DNA from: Dokdonella sp.
GTDB lineage: Bacteria; Pseudomonadota; Gammaproteobacteria; Xanthomonadales; Rhodanobacteraceae
Assembly (NCBI GenBank): GCA_030150315.1
Contig: JASLGB010000242.1
Coordinates: forward strand, 1 to 35,422
Reading direction: 5' to 3'
Length of the DNA: 35,422 nucleotides
Positions 23,962-32,649 of the stretch are shown here, one piece after another. The notes beneath the pieces are model-generated. The model was not told the DNA's origin and searched no databases. It saw only the letters and a list, made by a program, of their open reading frames with translations. The number at the start of each line of letters is the position of its first letter. The first letter of the stretch is position 1. A program made the position numbers and the translations under genes.

Positions 23962-24494
23962 GCCGGCTCGCCTCCGCTCGTCCATCGCACGTTGACGACG
24001 GTGGCCCAGTCGCGGCCAAGGCACATTTCGCGCTCGGATGCGCGGCGCTTCGTGAGGCCAGGCAGCACAATCTTGATGCCGAGCTTCGTGGCCTTGTTCC
24101 AGCGCGGAAGCTGGTTGCACCACGCCGCCGGCTCCGCGCCGGCATTGATCATGCGCACGAGCGTGGACGTGCACGCGGCGTAGATTCCGACGTTGTCGGC
24201 CCACGACATCAACGCGGCGCCCTCGTGCGGCGCCACGTCGCGGTGAATACAGCGCGACAGCCCATCGTTCCACACGCGCTGCAGGCGCGGTTCGTAGCGC
24301 GCGAGGCATTGATCGAAGGTGTAGCGCTGCACGCCGATGCGAACATCCGGCCCAGTCTCGCCGACGCAGTCGGTCGGGATCCCGACCGGGTCGGCATAGC
24401 CGATCGGGAACACGCCTTCGTAGTACGCGCCCATGCCGCCGGCCAGCGACGCGGCCGCGGCGACGCCGCCGAGGATCTTGCCGCGCGGAGTCAT
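23958..24494 (-). CDS. endolysin, GH24 lysozyme with SAR-like N-terminus
   Basis: Catalytic E-x8-D-x5-T (YEGVFPIGYADPVGIPT), LPGLTKRRASE, and a Gly/Ala-rich N-terminal anchor. Confidence 0.93.
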   Translation of the reverse strand: MTPRGKILGGVAAAASLAGGMGAYYEGVFPIGYADPVGIPTDCVGETGPDVRIGVQRYTFDQCLARYEPRLQRVWNDGLSRCIHRDVAPHEGAALMSWADNVGIYAACTSTLVRMINAGAEPAAWCNQLPRWNKATKLGIKIVLPGLTKRRASEREMCLGRDWATVVNVRWTSGGEPA

Positions 24495-24826
24495 CGCGCC
24501 ACCTGCGCGGCAGGCGCTGCGGACTCGATGCGATCGATGCGGCGCTCGATGCGATCGACGCGCTGCTCTGCGGTGTTGATGCGCGCCGTCATGTCGGCAA
24601 CGTCGCGACGGGCGTCGGCGGCGCGGTACATGCCGGAGACTTGGATCTCGATCGCGTTGATGCGCGGCTCGAGCGCGCCAACCGCTTTGTCGACGGCGGC
24701 CAGTGTCTGCACGACCCAGATGATCCCCGCAGCCGCGACGGTGAGCACGACGCTCTGATAGCGCCGCTCGCGTTGCACTTTCTTCTCGCCGCCCTCGGTC
24801 ATGTCCGCGTCGTCCGTCATGCTCAT
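24491..24826 (-). CDS. putative holin/antiholin-like protein (1 TM + coiled coil)
   Basis: SVVLTVAAAGIIWVV followed by a coiled coil. Directly upstream of the endolysin. Confidence 0.55.
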   Translation of the reverse strand: MSMTDDADMTEGGEKKVQRERRYQSVVLTVAAAGIIWVVQTLAAVDKAVGALEPRINAIEIQVSGMYRAADARRDVADMTARINTAEQRVDRIERRIDRIESAAPAAQVAR

Positions 24827-24884
24827 CTCGTCGTGTTGCCTCGTGTGCGCGCCGCGGCGTGATGGCCGCGGCGCGGTGCGTTGA

Positions 24885-25250
24885 TCAGGCGGTCAGCGTG
24901 CTGTTGCCGGGCGTCAACTTGATCGTGCACGTCGTCTCGCCGTTGGCTCCGGCGAGCCAGGCAATGGCTCCGCCCATGACGTCACCAGCGGCTGGCGTTG
25001 CGGCGGAATCGTCGAACTTGCCGGCGCTCGCGTCCCACAGCAGCTTTTCGCCCTGGACGAAAACTGCACCGGTCACCTTTGGCGCCTCGAACACGCCGGA
25101 CAGATCCAGCGTGCCGGTATCACCGGGGGCGGTATCCGCAACGAGGACGCCAATGGTGTTGCCGACAACGACAACGGAGCCGCCAAGGACCGCGGAGGCG
25201 GTTGCATTCGTCCACGGCATGGTGTTGCCGTCGTTGATCTTGTTCTTCAC
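24885..25250 (-). CDS. capsid decoration/cement protein (DUF2190-like)
   Basis: MKNKINDGNT...GVFEAPK...QGEKLLWD, following the capsid gene. GAGG RBS. Confidence 0.85.
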   Translation of the reverse strand: MKNKINDGNTMPWTNATASAVLGGSVVVVGNTIGVLVADTAPGDTGTLDLSGVFEAPKVTGAVFVQGEKLLWDASAGKFDDSAATPAAGDVMGGAIAWLAGANGETTCTIKLTPGNSTLTA

Positions 25251-25280
25251 GGTGTCACCTCTACTTGTTCAGTGCGGGAT

Positions 25281-25302
25281 GGGCGGCGCGTGCGCGCCGC
25301 CC
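25281..25302. other. GC-rich hairpin after the capsid gene
   Basis: gggcggcgc-gtgc-gcgccgccc with no U-tract. A similar hairpin lies at 24848-24875. Confidence 0.5.
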
Positions 25303-25308
25303 GGTGCA

Positions 25309-27528
25309 TCACGCGCCGGCGTTGCGCCACAAGCCGCGGTGGTCGATGGCCTTGGCGCCGAAGACATGGCGGCACTTGATTTCCACGCCGTCGACTTCGA
25401 AGCCGTTGCGCGACTCCGTGAACACGCCCTCGTGGCCCTGCAGGTACGCGTACTCGATCGTGTCGACCGTGCTCGGCGCCGCGGCGCCGTAGTACGCGGT
25501 GTCGCTGGTGTCGTGCAGGCGCGGTTCGACAATGGGCGTCAGCAGCGAGCCCATAACGTTGACGTCGACGCCGCGCGTCGCCTGGAACGCCGCGCTGCAG
25601 ATGCGGAGCGCAGTCTGTTCGAGGCGCGGAGGAACGATGAGGTAGCTCGGGCGCACGGTGATGTAGCGGCCCTCGAGCCCCTTCTGGAGCAGCATCTGCT
25701 CGCGCATGTCAGCGATCGGATCGCGCGCGGCCGCAGCATCGAGGGCATCCTTGAGCGCCGTCGCGGTGCCGATGTTGCCGTGGTCGGAGTGGAACAGCGT
25801 CTTGCCGTCGGACATCTTCGCGTTGCCGGTCAGCACGCCGTAGACGATGTCGCTTTCCAGATCCGCCGCCGACGCGCCGAAGGCCTGCGGGATGCGCGAC
25901 AGCGCGTCGAGGTCGTCGTTGATGATGGTTTCCCACGTCAGCGCGATGCGGCGGCCGTACTTGAGCACGGCGTACTTCTCGGCGCCGTCGGACATGCTTC
26001 CGTATTCGTACTCAGCGCCTTCCTGCACGCGCTTGAGGCCCGGCGCGCCGGACAACTGCGTGCGGCTGATCTCCTTGAGATCCGGCAGCGTGGCCTGTCG
26101 GCAGAATGCCGTGAAGGTGCGCATCGTGCCTTCGTAGCCGGCGCGCAGAGACTTGTTGACAGCAGCGGAAAGGATGGCCGGGAAGTCGCTGGTGGACTGC
26201 ATCGCGACAACCGCGATTTCCTGCCGCGACATGCCGCGCGTGCGGCGGCCGGCGCGCTCAGAGCAGTCACGCGCCAGGTCCAGCAACGACATGCCGCGGA
26301 ACTGCGCGGAACGCTCGTCGGCTTTGTGCGCAGCCGGGTTTGCGCGATTGAGAACGGCAACGATGGCGCCCTCGCGGTACGTCGCCGTTTCCTCGCGCGT
26401 GATCTCGATGTGCCCGCCGCCGGCCGGCGTGGCCGGCGTGGTGCTGGCGCCGAGCAGCGCAAGCAGGCGCTTGCCGGCGGCATCGACGGTGGTGTCGTGG
26501 TCGTCCTCGCACTGCGTCTGCAGTGCAGCGATTTCCGCGCCGGAATCGCCACGCGCGATAAACGGCGCGAACTGTGCGCGGATGGCTTCGCGGCGAGCCT
26601 TGTCCGCCGCGAGCACCGCCTTGGCGGCGGCCTTCTTCTCTTCTTCGGTCACGATGACATCTCCAGCAGGGTTGCCGGCAGAGTCCGGCGGGATTTGCTC
26701 GGCGGACGCCGGCGGGGTCGAGTGGCCGGCGACGGGCGCCGACGTGGCGGAATCGAAACGCGCGCCGCGAAGGGCGGCGGCGGTGGCGAGCGATGCGTAC
26801 TTCGCGGGGCAGCGCGCGCCGATGCGCTCGAGCATGGCGGCGGCGAATGCGCGCGCGTTTTCGCTCGGCTCATCGACGACCGAGTCGTCGGCAACGGAAT
26901 CGGCGAAGCCAGCGGCAATCGCCTCCTCGCCGGTGTAGTAGTGGTCTTCCCCGTCCGTGAGCAGCGACAGCATGTCGCTGCGGTCCATGCTGGATTTCGC
27001 AACGTAGGCATCGACCATCGCGTCGGCGAACTTGTCCAGCACGTCGGCGTACTGGCGCATTTCCTTCGCGTTGCCGTAGCAGCCGCCCCACGGCGCGTGG
27101 ATCATCAGGACGGACGTTGGCGGCATCGAGACGGTGTCACCCGCCATCGCGATCATCGACGCGCTGGACATCGCCACGCCGTCGACGGTGACTGCCTTGG
27201 TGGCCTTGTGCCGCTTGAGCGCGTTGTAGATCGCCAGGCCATCGGCGACGCTGCCGCCGTAGCTGTTGATGCGCACGTTGATGGTGGCGACTGTGGCGTC
27301 GAGATCGTTGAGCTGCTGCGCGATGGATTGCGCGGTGACGCTTTCGCCCCACCAGCTGTCGCCGATGTCGCCGTAGATCAGCAACTCATACGCGCTGGCG
27401 TCGGCAGCGGAAGGCCGAAGAGTCATCACCGGTTCGATGCGAGGCTTGTCCGCGCGATGGCGCGGCGAGGCCTGCGGATGGATGGTATGCGCGGCCTGCA
27501 TGGCAGCACGGAGTGCAGTCTTTTTCAT
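25309..27528 (-). CDS. ClpP-like prohead protease fused to major capsid protein
   Basis: RINSYGGSV, DGVAMSSASMIAMAGD and LMIHAPW, followed by STSDFPAIL, INDDLDAL and DHRGLWRN. Confidence 0.95.
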   Translation of the reverse strand: MKKTALRAAMQAAHTIHPQASPRHRADKPRIEPVMTLRPSAADASAYELLIYGDIGDSWWGESVTAQSIAQQLNDLDATVATINVRINSYGGSVADGLAIYNALKRHKATKAVTVDGVAMSSASMIAMAGDTVSMPPTSVLMIHAPWGGCYGNAKEMRQYADVLDKFADAMVDAYVAKSSMDRSDMLSLLTDGEDHYYTGEEAIAAGFADSVADDSVVDEPSENARAFAAAMLERIGARCPAKYASLATAAALRGARFDSATSAPVAGHSTPPASAEQIPPDSAGNPAGDVIVTEEEKKAAAKAVLAADKARREAIRAQFAPFIARGDSGAEIAALQTQCEDDHDTTVDAAGKRLLALLGASTTPATPAGGGHIEITREETATYREGAIVAVLNRANPAAHKADERSAQFRGMSLLDLARDCSERAGRRTRGMSRQEIAVVAMQSTSDFPAILSAAVNKSLRAGYEGTMRTFTAFCRQATLPDLKEISRTQLSGAPGLKRVQEGAEYEYGSMSDGAEKYAVLKYGRRIALTWETIINDDLDALSRIPQAFGASAADLESDIVYGVLTGNAKMSDGKTLFHSDHGNIGTATALKDALDAAAARDPIADMREQMLLQKGLEGRYITVRPSYLIVPPRLEQTALRICSAAFQATRGVDVNVMGSLLTPIVEPRLHDTSDTAYYGAAAPSTVDTIEYAYLQGHEGVFTESRNGFEVDGVEIKCRHVFGAKAIDHRGLWRNAGA

Positions 27529-29144
27529 ACCTGATTGACTCCATTTTCCGAGCGTGTTCGCGCGGATCGATGGCGCGCGGATTCTTCCGCGGCGTCGTTG
27601 TTTTCCGCCGGGTTCGGGAATTTGGTTTCACCCTGCCGAGCCTGCGTCACGCCGGATCGGCTGACGTAGCGCGCGTCGCTGTCGAGGACCAAGCCGAGCT
27701 CGTCGGCGAGCGCGCGCTCGCGCGCCAGCTGCTCGAACACGTCTTGCAGTCGGCCACCGCGATCGGCGATGCCCTGTTGCAAGGACTGCCATCCGCCGCG
27801 CGATAGCAGCAGCATCCCAGCCGCCTCTTTTTGCGGATCGATCCACGGCATTTTCGGGCCGCGGAATTCTGCCTGGGCGATCGTCTCCGGTCGGATATTC
27901 GACGGCACCTTCAACGTGCCGGAGGCGATTGCCATGCCGACGAAACGCTCCCAGATCGGGCGCACGAAACGCGCGACGAACTGCGCAGTGAGCATGCGAT
28001 ACCCGTCGTAGGATTCGACGAGCTCTTGCCGCTGCGCGGAGTACGTGCCGTCATAGTCGCCGGCGAACGACGAGTAGCTCAGCTGCGCCGCGCGCGAGGC
28101 CGCGCGCACCATGTCCATACGGAATTTGCCGAGGTTCGGATTCGGCCGGGTTGGGTTCTGGATGTCGAGCGATTCGCCGGGATAAAGGTTGTCGAGAACA
28201 GCGGCAGGATCCAGCAGGAATTCGCGGTCGGCAGGGTTTTCCGGGAGGCCGTCGGCGCCGACAGGTGGAGTCCATTGCATGTTTACGTCGCGCTTGATCG
28301 ACGCTGCAATACGCGCCGTTACGCGCGCGGCGAGCTGCTCGGATGATTCATAGTCTTTGACGTCGAGCAGCCGATCGATGGTGCTGGCGAGCTGGCTGAT
28401 GCCGCGCAAGCCGGACAGACGTTCCCGCACGGCGACGTGCAGCATGCGCTCGGCAGGCACGCGCTTGAGGTCGCCTTCGGCGAACCATCCACCGTTGCCG
28501 GGGTGGCGCTTGTAGACGTAGTACGCGGTTGGCTGCCCCCACTCGCTGCGCTCGATGCCCGCTTGAACGGTGCGCGGCGAGTCCTGGTCGTAGTCCAGAG
28601 GGACAACATCGGCTTCCAGCAGCTCGATGGAAAACGGCACGCGTGATCCGTGCTTGAGCCCAGGCACGGATCCTTCTACGAGCTGCGCGAACACTTCGCC
28701 ATCGCGTAGCCAGGACCGGCACGCCAGCTCTTGCGCTTGCACCCAATCCAGCGTGCGGGTGACTTCCGGCGCCACGCAGAAATCACGCCACAAATCGAGC
28801 AGCTCGCGCGCGAAGTCGTCGTCGATGCTGTCATACGTCTCGCCGCGCGTGTTCTTGCGCGGCTGAGGCTCGATACTGATACCAGTCGGACCGACGATGT
28901 TTCGGGTGAGCGCGAGCAGCGCGCCGCGAACCAGGTCGTGGTTGCGCTCCATGTCGCGCATCGTCGCGCGGACGGTGGCTGCATCGCGCACGACAAGACG
29001 ATCACCGCTACTGTTGTCGCGGCTTTTCTTGCGCTTCCGGGTTGACTTGCCGCCTTCGTAGTTTGCGAGGACTTTCCGCCACGCCGCGCGCTTGACGGCT
29101 CGCTCTGGCGAGAACGTGGCGATGATGGCGTCGACGATTTGCAT
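27525..29144 (-). CDS. portal protein, lambda family
   Basis: RDMERNHD, WLRDGEVF, RGISQLA, YSAQRQELVE, WIDPQKE. Confidence 0.95.
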   Translation of the reverse strand: MQIVDAIIATFSPERAVKRAAWRKVLANYEGGKSTRKRKKSRDNSSGDRLVVRDAATVRATMRDMERNHDLVRGALLALTRNIVGPTGISIEPQPRKNTRGETYDSIDDDFARELLDLWRDFCVAPEVTRTLDWVQAQELACRSWLRDGEVFAQLVEGSVPGLKHGSRVPFSIELLEADVVPLDYDQDSPRTVQAGIERSEWGQPTAYYVYKRHPGNGGWFAEGDLKRVPAERMLHVAVRERLSGLRGISQLASTIDRLLDVKDYESSEQLAARVTARIAASIKRDVNMQWTPPVGADGLPENPADREFLLDPAAVLDNLYPGESLDIQNPTRPNPNLGKFRMDMVRAASRAAQLSYSSFAGDYDGTYSAQRQELVESYDGYRMLTAQFVARFVRPIWERFVGMAIASGTLKVPSNIRPETIAQAEFRGPKMPWIDPQKEAAGMLLLSRGGWQSLQQGIADRGGRLQDVFEQLARERALADELGLVLDSDARYVSRSGVTQARQGETKFPNPAENNDAAEESARHRSARTRSENGVNQV

Positions 29145-29356
29145 CAGTCGAACACCACCGTCTTGTGCGCCAGGCTTCCGCGCCCGCCGGCCCGCTCGCG
29201 GGCCAACTGGTTCTGCAGATCAGAGATCGCGCGGCGAATGGTTTCGAGCTCGGCTTCCTGTTTCTGCCGCTCACTGAGCCGCCACGAAAAGCCCGCGGTG
29301 AGAATGCGGGCTTCGGCGGCCAGATAGGCGTCCAGTCGTTGCTTCGTTGTCGACAT
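29144..29356 (-). CDS. head completion protein (gpW-like)
   Basis: RLDAYLAAEARIL...ELETIRRAI, immediately upstream of portal. Confidence 0.75.
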   Translation of the reverse strand: MSTTKQRLDAYLAAEARILTAGFSWRLSERQKQEAELETIRRAISDLQNQLARERAGGRGSLAHKTVVFD

Positions 29357-29389
29357 GGACACGCAAGCTATACATGGCTTTGTCCGAGG

Positions 29390-29710
29390 TCACGGGTTTT
29401 GGCGGACTTTTTTCGCGGCGGAGTTCGGGTGGTACTTGTAGGCGGTAGACCGGCTGCAGCCGTGTCTGCGCATGATCTCGATCACCGGTAGGCTGCGCCG
29501 CCAATCCTCCATAATTGCGGCGCCGTCCACGTCGGCGCGTGCGCGGTACTGGACGCGCAGGCCGGCCAGCGCGTCCAGCTGTGCGTCGCACATCGAGTCA
29601 GCGAGCTGCAGCGCCTCATGGGCCGGCAGGTACGTCAGCACCGCGCGGATTCTCAGAACGAACGAGTCGCGCAGCTGGGAAACGATTTCTTCTGCAGTCA
29701 TGTCGGACAT
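29390..29710 (-). CDS. Mor/C-like transcription activator
   Basis: LAGLRVQY followed by a C-terminal HTH (IEIMRRHGCSRSTAYKY). Located between terminase and head genes. Confidence 0.65.
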   Translation of the reverse strand: MSDMTAEEIVSQLRDSFVLRIRAVLTYLPAHEALQLADSMCDAQLDALAGLRVQYRARADVDGAAIMEDWRRSLPVIEIMRRHGCSRSTAYKYHPNSAAKKVRQNP

Positions 29711-29718
29711 TGGCTTTC

Positions 29719-31662
29719 TCAGTCTCCTACCCATCTGCTGCGGCGCTTTCTTGCCCGCGGTGTGGTCGTTGTGGTGTCTTGCGAATCTTTGTTTGATGTT
29801 TGTTGTGTTTCGCGTGGAACTGCGCCGTCGGCGCGATTGATGCCAAGCGCGACCTCGGCGGCATTCCACTCCGCTGCCGACCGACGGTGCAGACGCAGCT
29901 CTGGATGATGCGTGGCGGCATAGGCGTAGACCCACGTATCCAGCGGCTCATTGCGGATGCCTGTGCGTTTGTCGAATCGGTTCTTCGTTGGGTTGTAGGT
30001 TTCGGAAACCATGCCCGGGAAGTATTCGTCGGGCAGCGCCGTGGTCGTGTGGATGAAGAGCTCTTCCGGCGCCCTTGGCTCTTCCTTGCCGTCCACTTTT
30101 TTCGGCTCGGCATCGACGGCGATGCGGCTATACAGCTTGTGCTTGATGCCGACGGTCCCAACGTGGTGAATCATGACGCCGCGGCGATCGAGCTGGCCGC
30201 GCCAGTTGACGTCCATCAGCTTGCCCTTGCTCAACACCGGCGCGTTGTTGGGCTTTGCGCCGAAGATGGCGATGCAGCGCCGCAACCGTGCAGAGCGCAC
30301 GAACGCGTAGACGTCTTGCGTTCGATGTCCGGCTGCATCGATGCAGACCGAATCAACGTGCATCGTTGCGCCGCAGGCGTGCGTGATCGGCTTGCGTAGC
30401 AGATCGACCAGCGCGGACCACACCGCATCATCGGCGGGGTCTCCGGGAAGCTCGACATAGTCCAGCGTCCAAGCGTGCAGGTTCCGCCCCCACCCAACAA
30501 TTTGGACGGCCAATCGATTGTCCTGCGTGTCCACGCCGGCGGTGATCGCCAACACACCGTATGGCGCGGTGCGCAGCTCATAGGCCTCGGCGCGGGCGCG
30601 CAGCTGGTCGAACTTGACCTTCCGCATCGACGGGTCTTCCCACGACTCGGTAAGCCTTTCGCTGACGAACACCTGAAGTTTCTGCGGGTCGTTTTGTGCC
30701 CGTCGCCACATGCGAACCAGGTCAAGCCATCGCGGGCCCATGCCGAACTGGTAGTACAGACAGTTGGCTCGATAGCCGCGGATCGCCTGCCCAGGCCGTT
30801 CCGGCACCCAGCGGCCGGCACGAATCATGTCAGTCTTGTAGTGCTCTTCGATCGTGCATGCGCAATCGCGGCAGACGTACCAACATTCGTCGCCGTCGGT
30901 TGACCAGTGCAGGCCGCCCCACTCCAACGGCTGCTCGTGCCGACAATGCGGGCACGGCACGTAGTAGCGCCGCTGGTCGGATTCTTCCCAGAGCGCGTCG
31001 AGACGCGAAACGCCCTTGATGCCCGGCGTGCCGATGTAGCAGATGCGGTGCGTTGACGGGAACGCGCTGACGCGACCGCGGATGAGCTCAAGAGGATCCT
31101 CGCCGGTAGTGAGCTGGCCGGCGAACTTGTCCAGCTCGTCGACCAGCATCGTCTCGATCGACTTGAGCGTGAGTCGCGTAGCCGTCTTGCCGTGCTCAAT
31201 GAAGAGCTGCCCGCCGATGAAGTCCTTGAACGCTTTTTGGTTGCTGGCATTGCGGCTGTTCGTGCTGGTAAGCGCGCGGCGGACAGACTCGGTGCCATCG
31301 ATCAGGCTGGACAGCTTCTGGTCGATCCACGCGTTCATCGTGATGTCGTCCGGCAGCACGACCATCGTCGGCCCCGGCTCGGCATCCATCGTGTAGCCGA
31401 GGATGTTGAGTTCCACTTCGGTCTTGCCGAACTGAATGGGGAACATGACCACGCATTCGTGGACACGCGAGCGCTTTGACATGCAGTCCATCGGCTCGCG
31501 CAACAGCGGATTGCGATCGTTGTCCCAGCGCCCCGTTACCTGGCTGCCCTTGGTCGTCAACACCCGCTCGGCCGCGGCCCACTCGCTGACCGACAGCACT
31601 CGCCGCGGCGCTATAGCGCGCGCCGCGGCGCGGCACATTCTTCGCAGTGCGGATGGCTTCAT
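29719..31662 (-). CDS. terminase large subunit (lambda gpA family)
   Basis: LSVSEWA, QFGKTE, LVDELDK, SDQRRYYVPCPHC, TAGVDTQDNRL, RNEPLDTWVYA. Confidence 0.96.
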   Translation of the reverse strand: MKPSALRRMCRAAARAIAPRRVLSVSEWAAAERVLTTKGSQVTGRWDNDRNPLLREPMDCMSKRSRVHECVVMFPIQFGKTEVELNILGYTMDAEPGPTMVVLPDDITMNAWIDQKLSSLIDGTESVRRALTSTNSRNASNQKAFKDFIGGQLFIEHGKTATRLTLKSIETMLVDELDKFAGQLTTGEDPLELIRGRVSAFPSTHRICYIGTPGIKGVSRLDALWEESDQRRYYVPCPHCRHEQPLEWGGLHWSTDGDECWYVCRDCACTIEEHYKTDMIRAGRWVPERPGQAIRGYRANCLYYQFGMGPRWLDLVRMWRRAQNDPQKLQVFVSERLTESWEDPSMRKVKFDQLRARAEAYELRTAPYGVLAITAGVDTQDNRLAVQIVGWGRNLHAWTLDYVELPGDPADDAVWSALVDLLRKPITHACGATMHVDSVCIDAAGHRTQDVYAFVRSARLRRCIAIFGAKPNNAPVLSKGKLMDVNWRGQLDRRGVMIHHVGTVGIKHKLYSRIAVDAEPKKVDGKEEPRAPEELFIHTTTALPDEYFPGMVSETYNPTKNRFDKRTGIRNEPLDTWVYAYAATHHPELRLHRRSAAEWNAAEVALGINRADGAVPRETQQTSNKDSQDTTTTTPRARKRRSRWVGD

Positions 31663-32249
31663 TCCGACGCCCTGCCGATCGCGAGCAACTCGCGCTCCAT
31701 CTCGCGCTGGAGCCGGTCGATCTCGACGGCGAGGATGTCGCGAACACGCGCCTCGTCGGCCAGCCCGACGATCATCGGCGCGATCGTGACCGGGATGCGC
31801 TCCAACGACTTGCGAAGCGCAGTCACAACGGATTCCAGCGCATGATCCGCATCTTCCGCGTCGTAGAGCTTCCCTTCAGCTTTGAGGTTCTCGCGGATTG
31901 CCGCTGCGGCATCTGCCTCAGCCTTGTCGGCCAGCGCCTTCGCGCGGCGGCGCGCGTCGCTTGTGCCGACAACGCCGTCGGGGTCGTCCGCCGCGCCGTC
32001 TTCCGAGGCGATGGCGGCCGGCGCGTGGCCGAGAGTAGAGCCGCGCACCTCTGCGTGCCGCGCCGCGACGCCGGCACGTGCTGGGTCGCGCGTGGCTTCG
32101 ATTTGCGCAATGGACTCCGCGGCCAGCACTCGCTTGCCGTCGGCGGCGAGGACAAGCCGGCCGGCTTTGCGCAGCGCGGTGATATAGCTCGGGCGGCAGC
32201 CAATGCGGGCGGCGAACTCGCGGAAAGTCATGGCGTTGCTGTCAGTCAT
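31659..32249 (-). CDS. terminase small subunit
   Basis: N-terminal wHTH (TFREFAARIGCRPSYITALRKAGRL), coupled to terL. Confidence 0.8.
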   Translation of the reverse strand: MTDSNAMTFREFAARIGCRPSYITALRKAGRLVLAADGKRVLAAESIAQIEATRDPARAGVAARHAEVRGSTLGHAPAAIASEDGAADDPDGVVGTSDARRRAKALADKAEADAAAAIRENLKAEGKLYDAEDADHALESVVTALRKSLERIPVTIAPMIVGLADEARVRDILAVEIDRLQREMERELLAIGRASE

Positions 32250-32395
32250 GTTGCGTCCGTCGTCTTGGCGGAGCTGGCCGGCATTCGGCCCGCCCGATGT
32301 TCGATCCGGCATGCAGCCCGCCGATTCAACATTCCCCCCCTTTCCTCACCCCCTTCGAAGCCGAAGGAAAAGAAATGGCGCGCGCGCGAGCGCTT

Positions 32396-32647
32396 GTGCG
32401 GCATGTGCGGCATGGCGTGCGGCATGACGCACACGTGAAACGCACGCAGCACAAGGCCTGTGCGGCATGTGCGGTATGTGCGGCATGGGTGTCGTGCGCA
32501 TGCATGCACATGTGCGCGCGTGATGGGCGTGCGCGCATGTGCGCGCACGCACCCGTAAGGCCCGATACCGCACATACCGCACAGACCAATAAAATCAATA
32601 ACTTGATGCCGCACACGATGCCGCACACGATGCCGCACATACCGCAC
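32396..32647. repeat. 12 copies of GTGCGGYAT (6 forward, 6 inverted): candidate replication origin iterons
   Basis: Forward at 32396, 32405, 32417, 32460, 32469, 32478. Inverted at 32565, 32574, 32606, 32618, 32630, 32639. Directly downstream of the primase-helicase. Confidence 0.8.
32593..32605 (+). promoter_or_regulatory. IHF consensus site
   Basis: AATCAATAACTTG matches WATCAANNNNTTR, inside the AT-rich patch among the iterons. Confidence 0.65.
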
Positions 32648-32649
32648 AG

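Noticed and set aside
6636..27534. Long + strand and alternate-frame ORFs (e.g. 6680-8332, 10648-12447, 17326-19161, 21034-22863, 24859-27534)
   Set aside because: These are shadow ORFs of high-GC genes, with no motifs, overlapping well-supported - strand genes.
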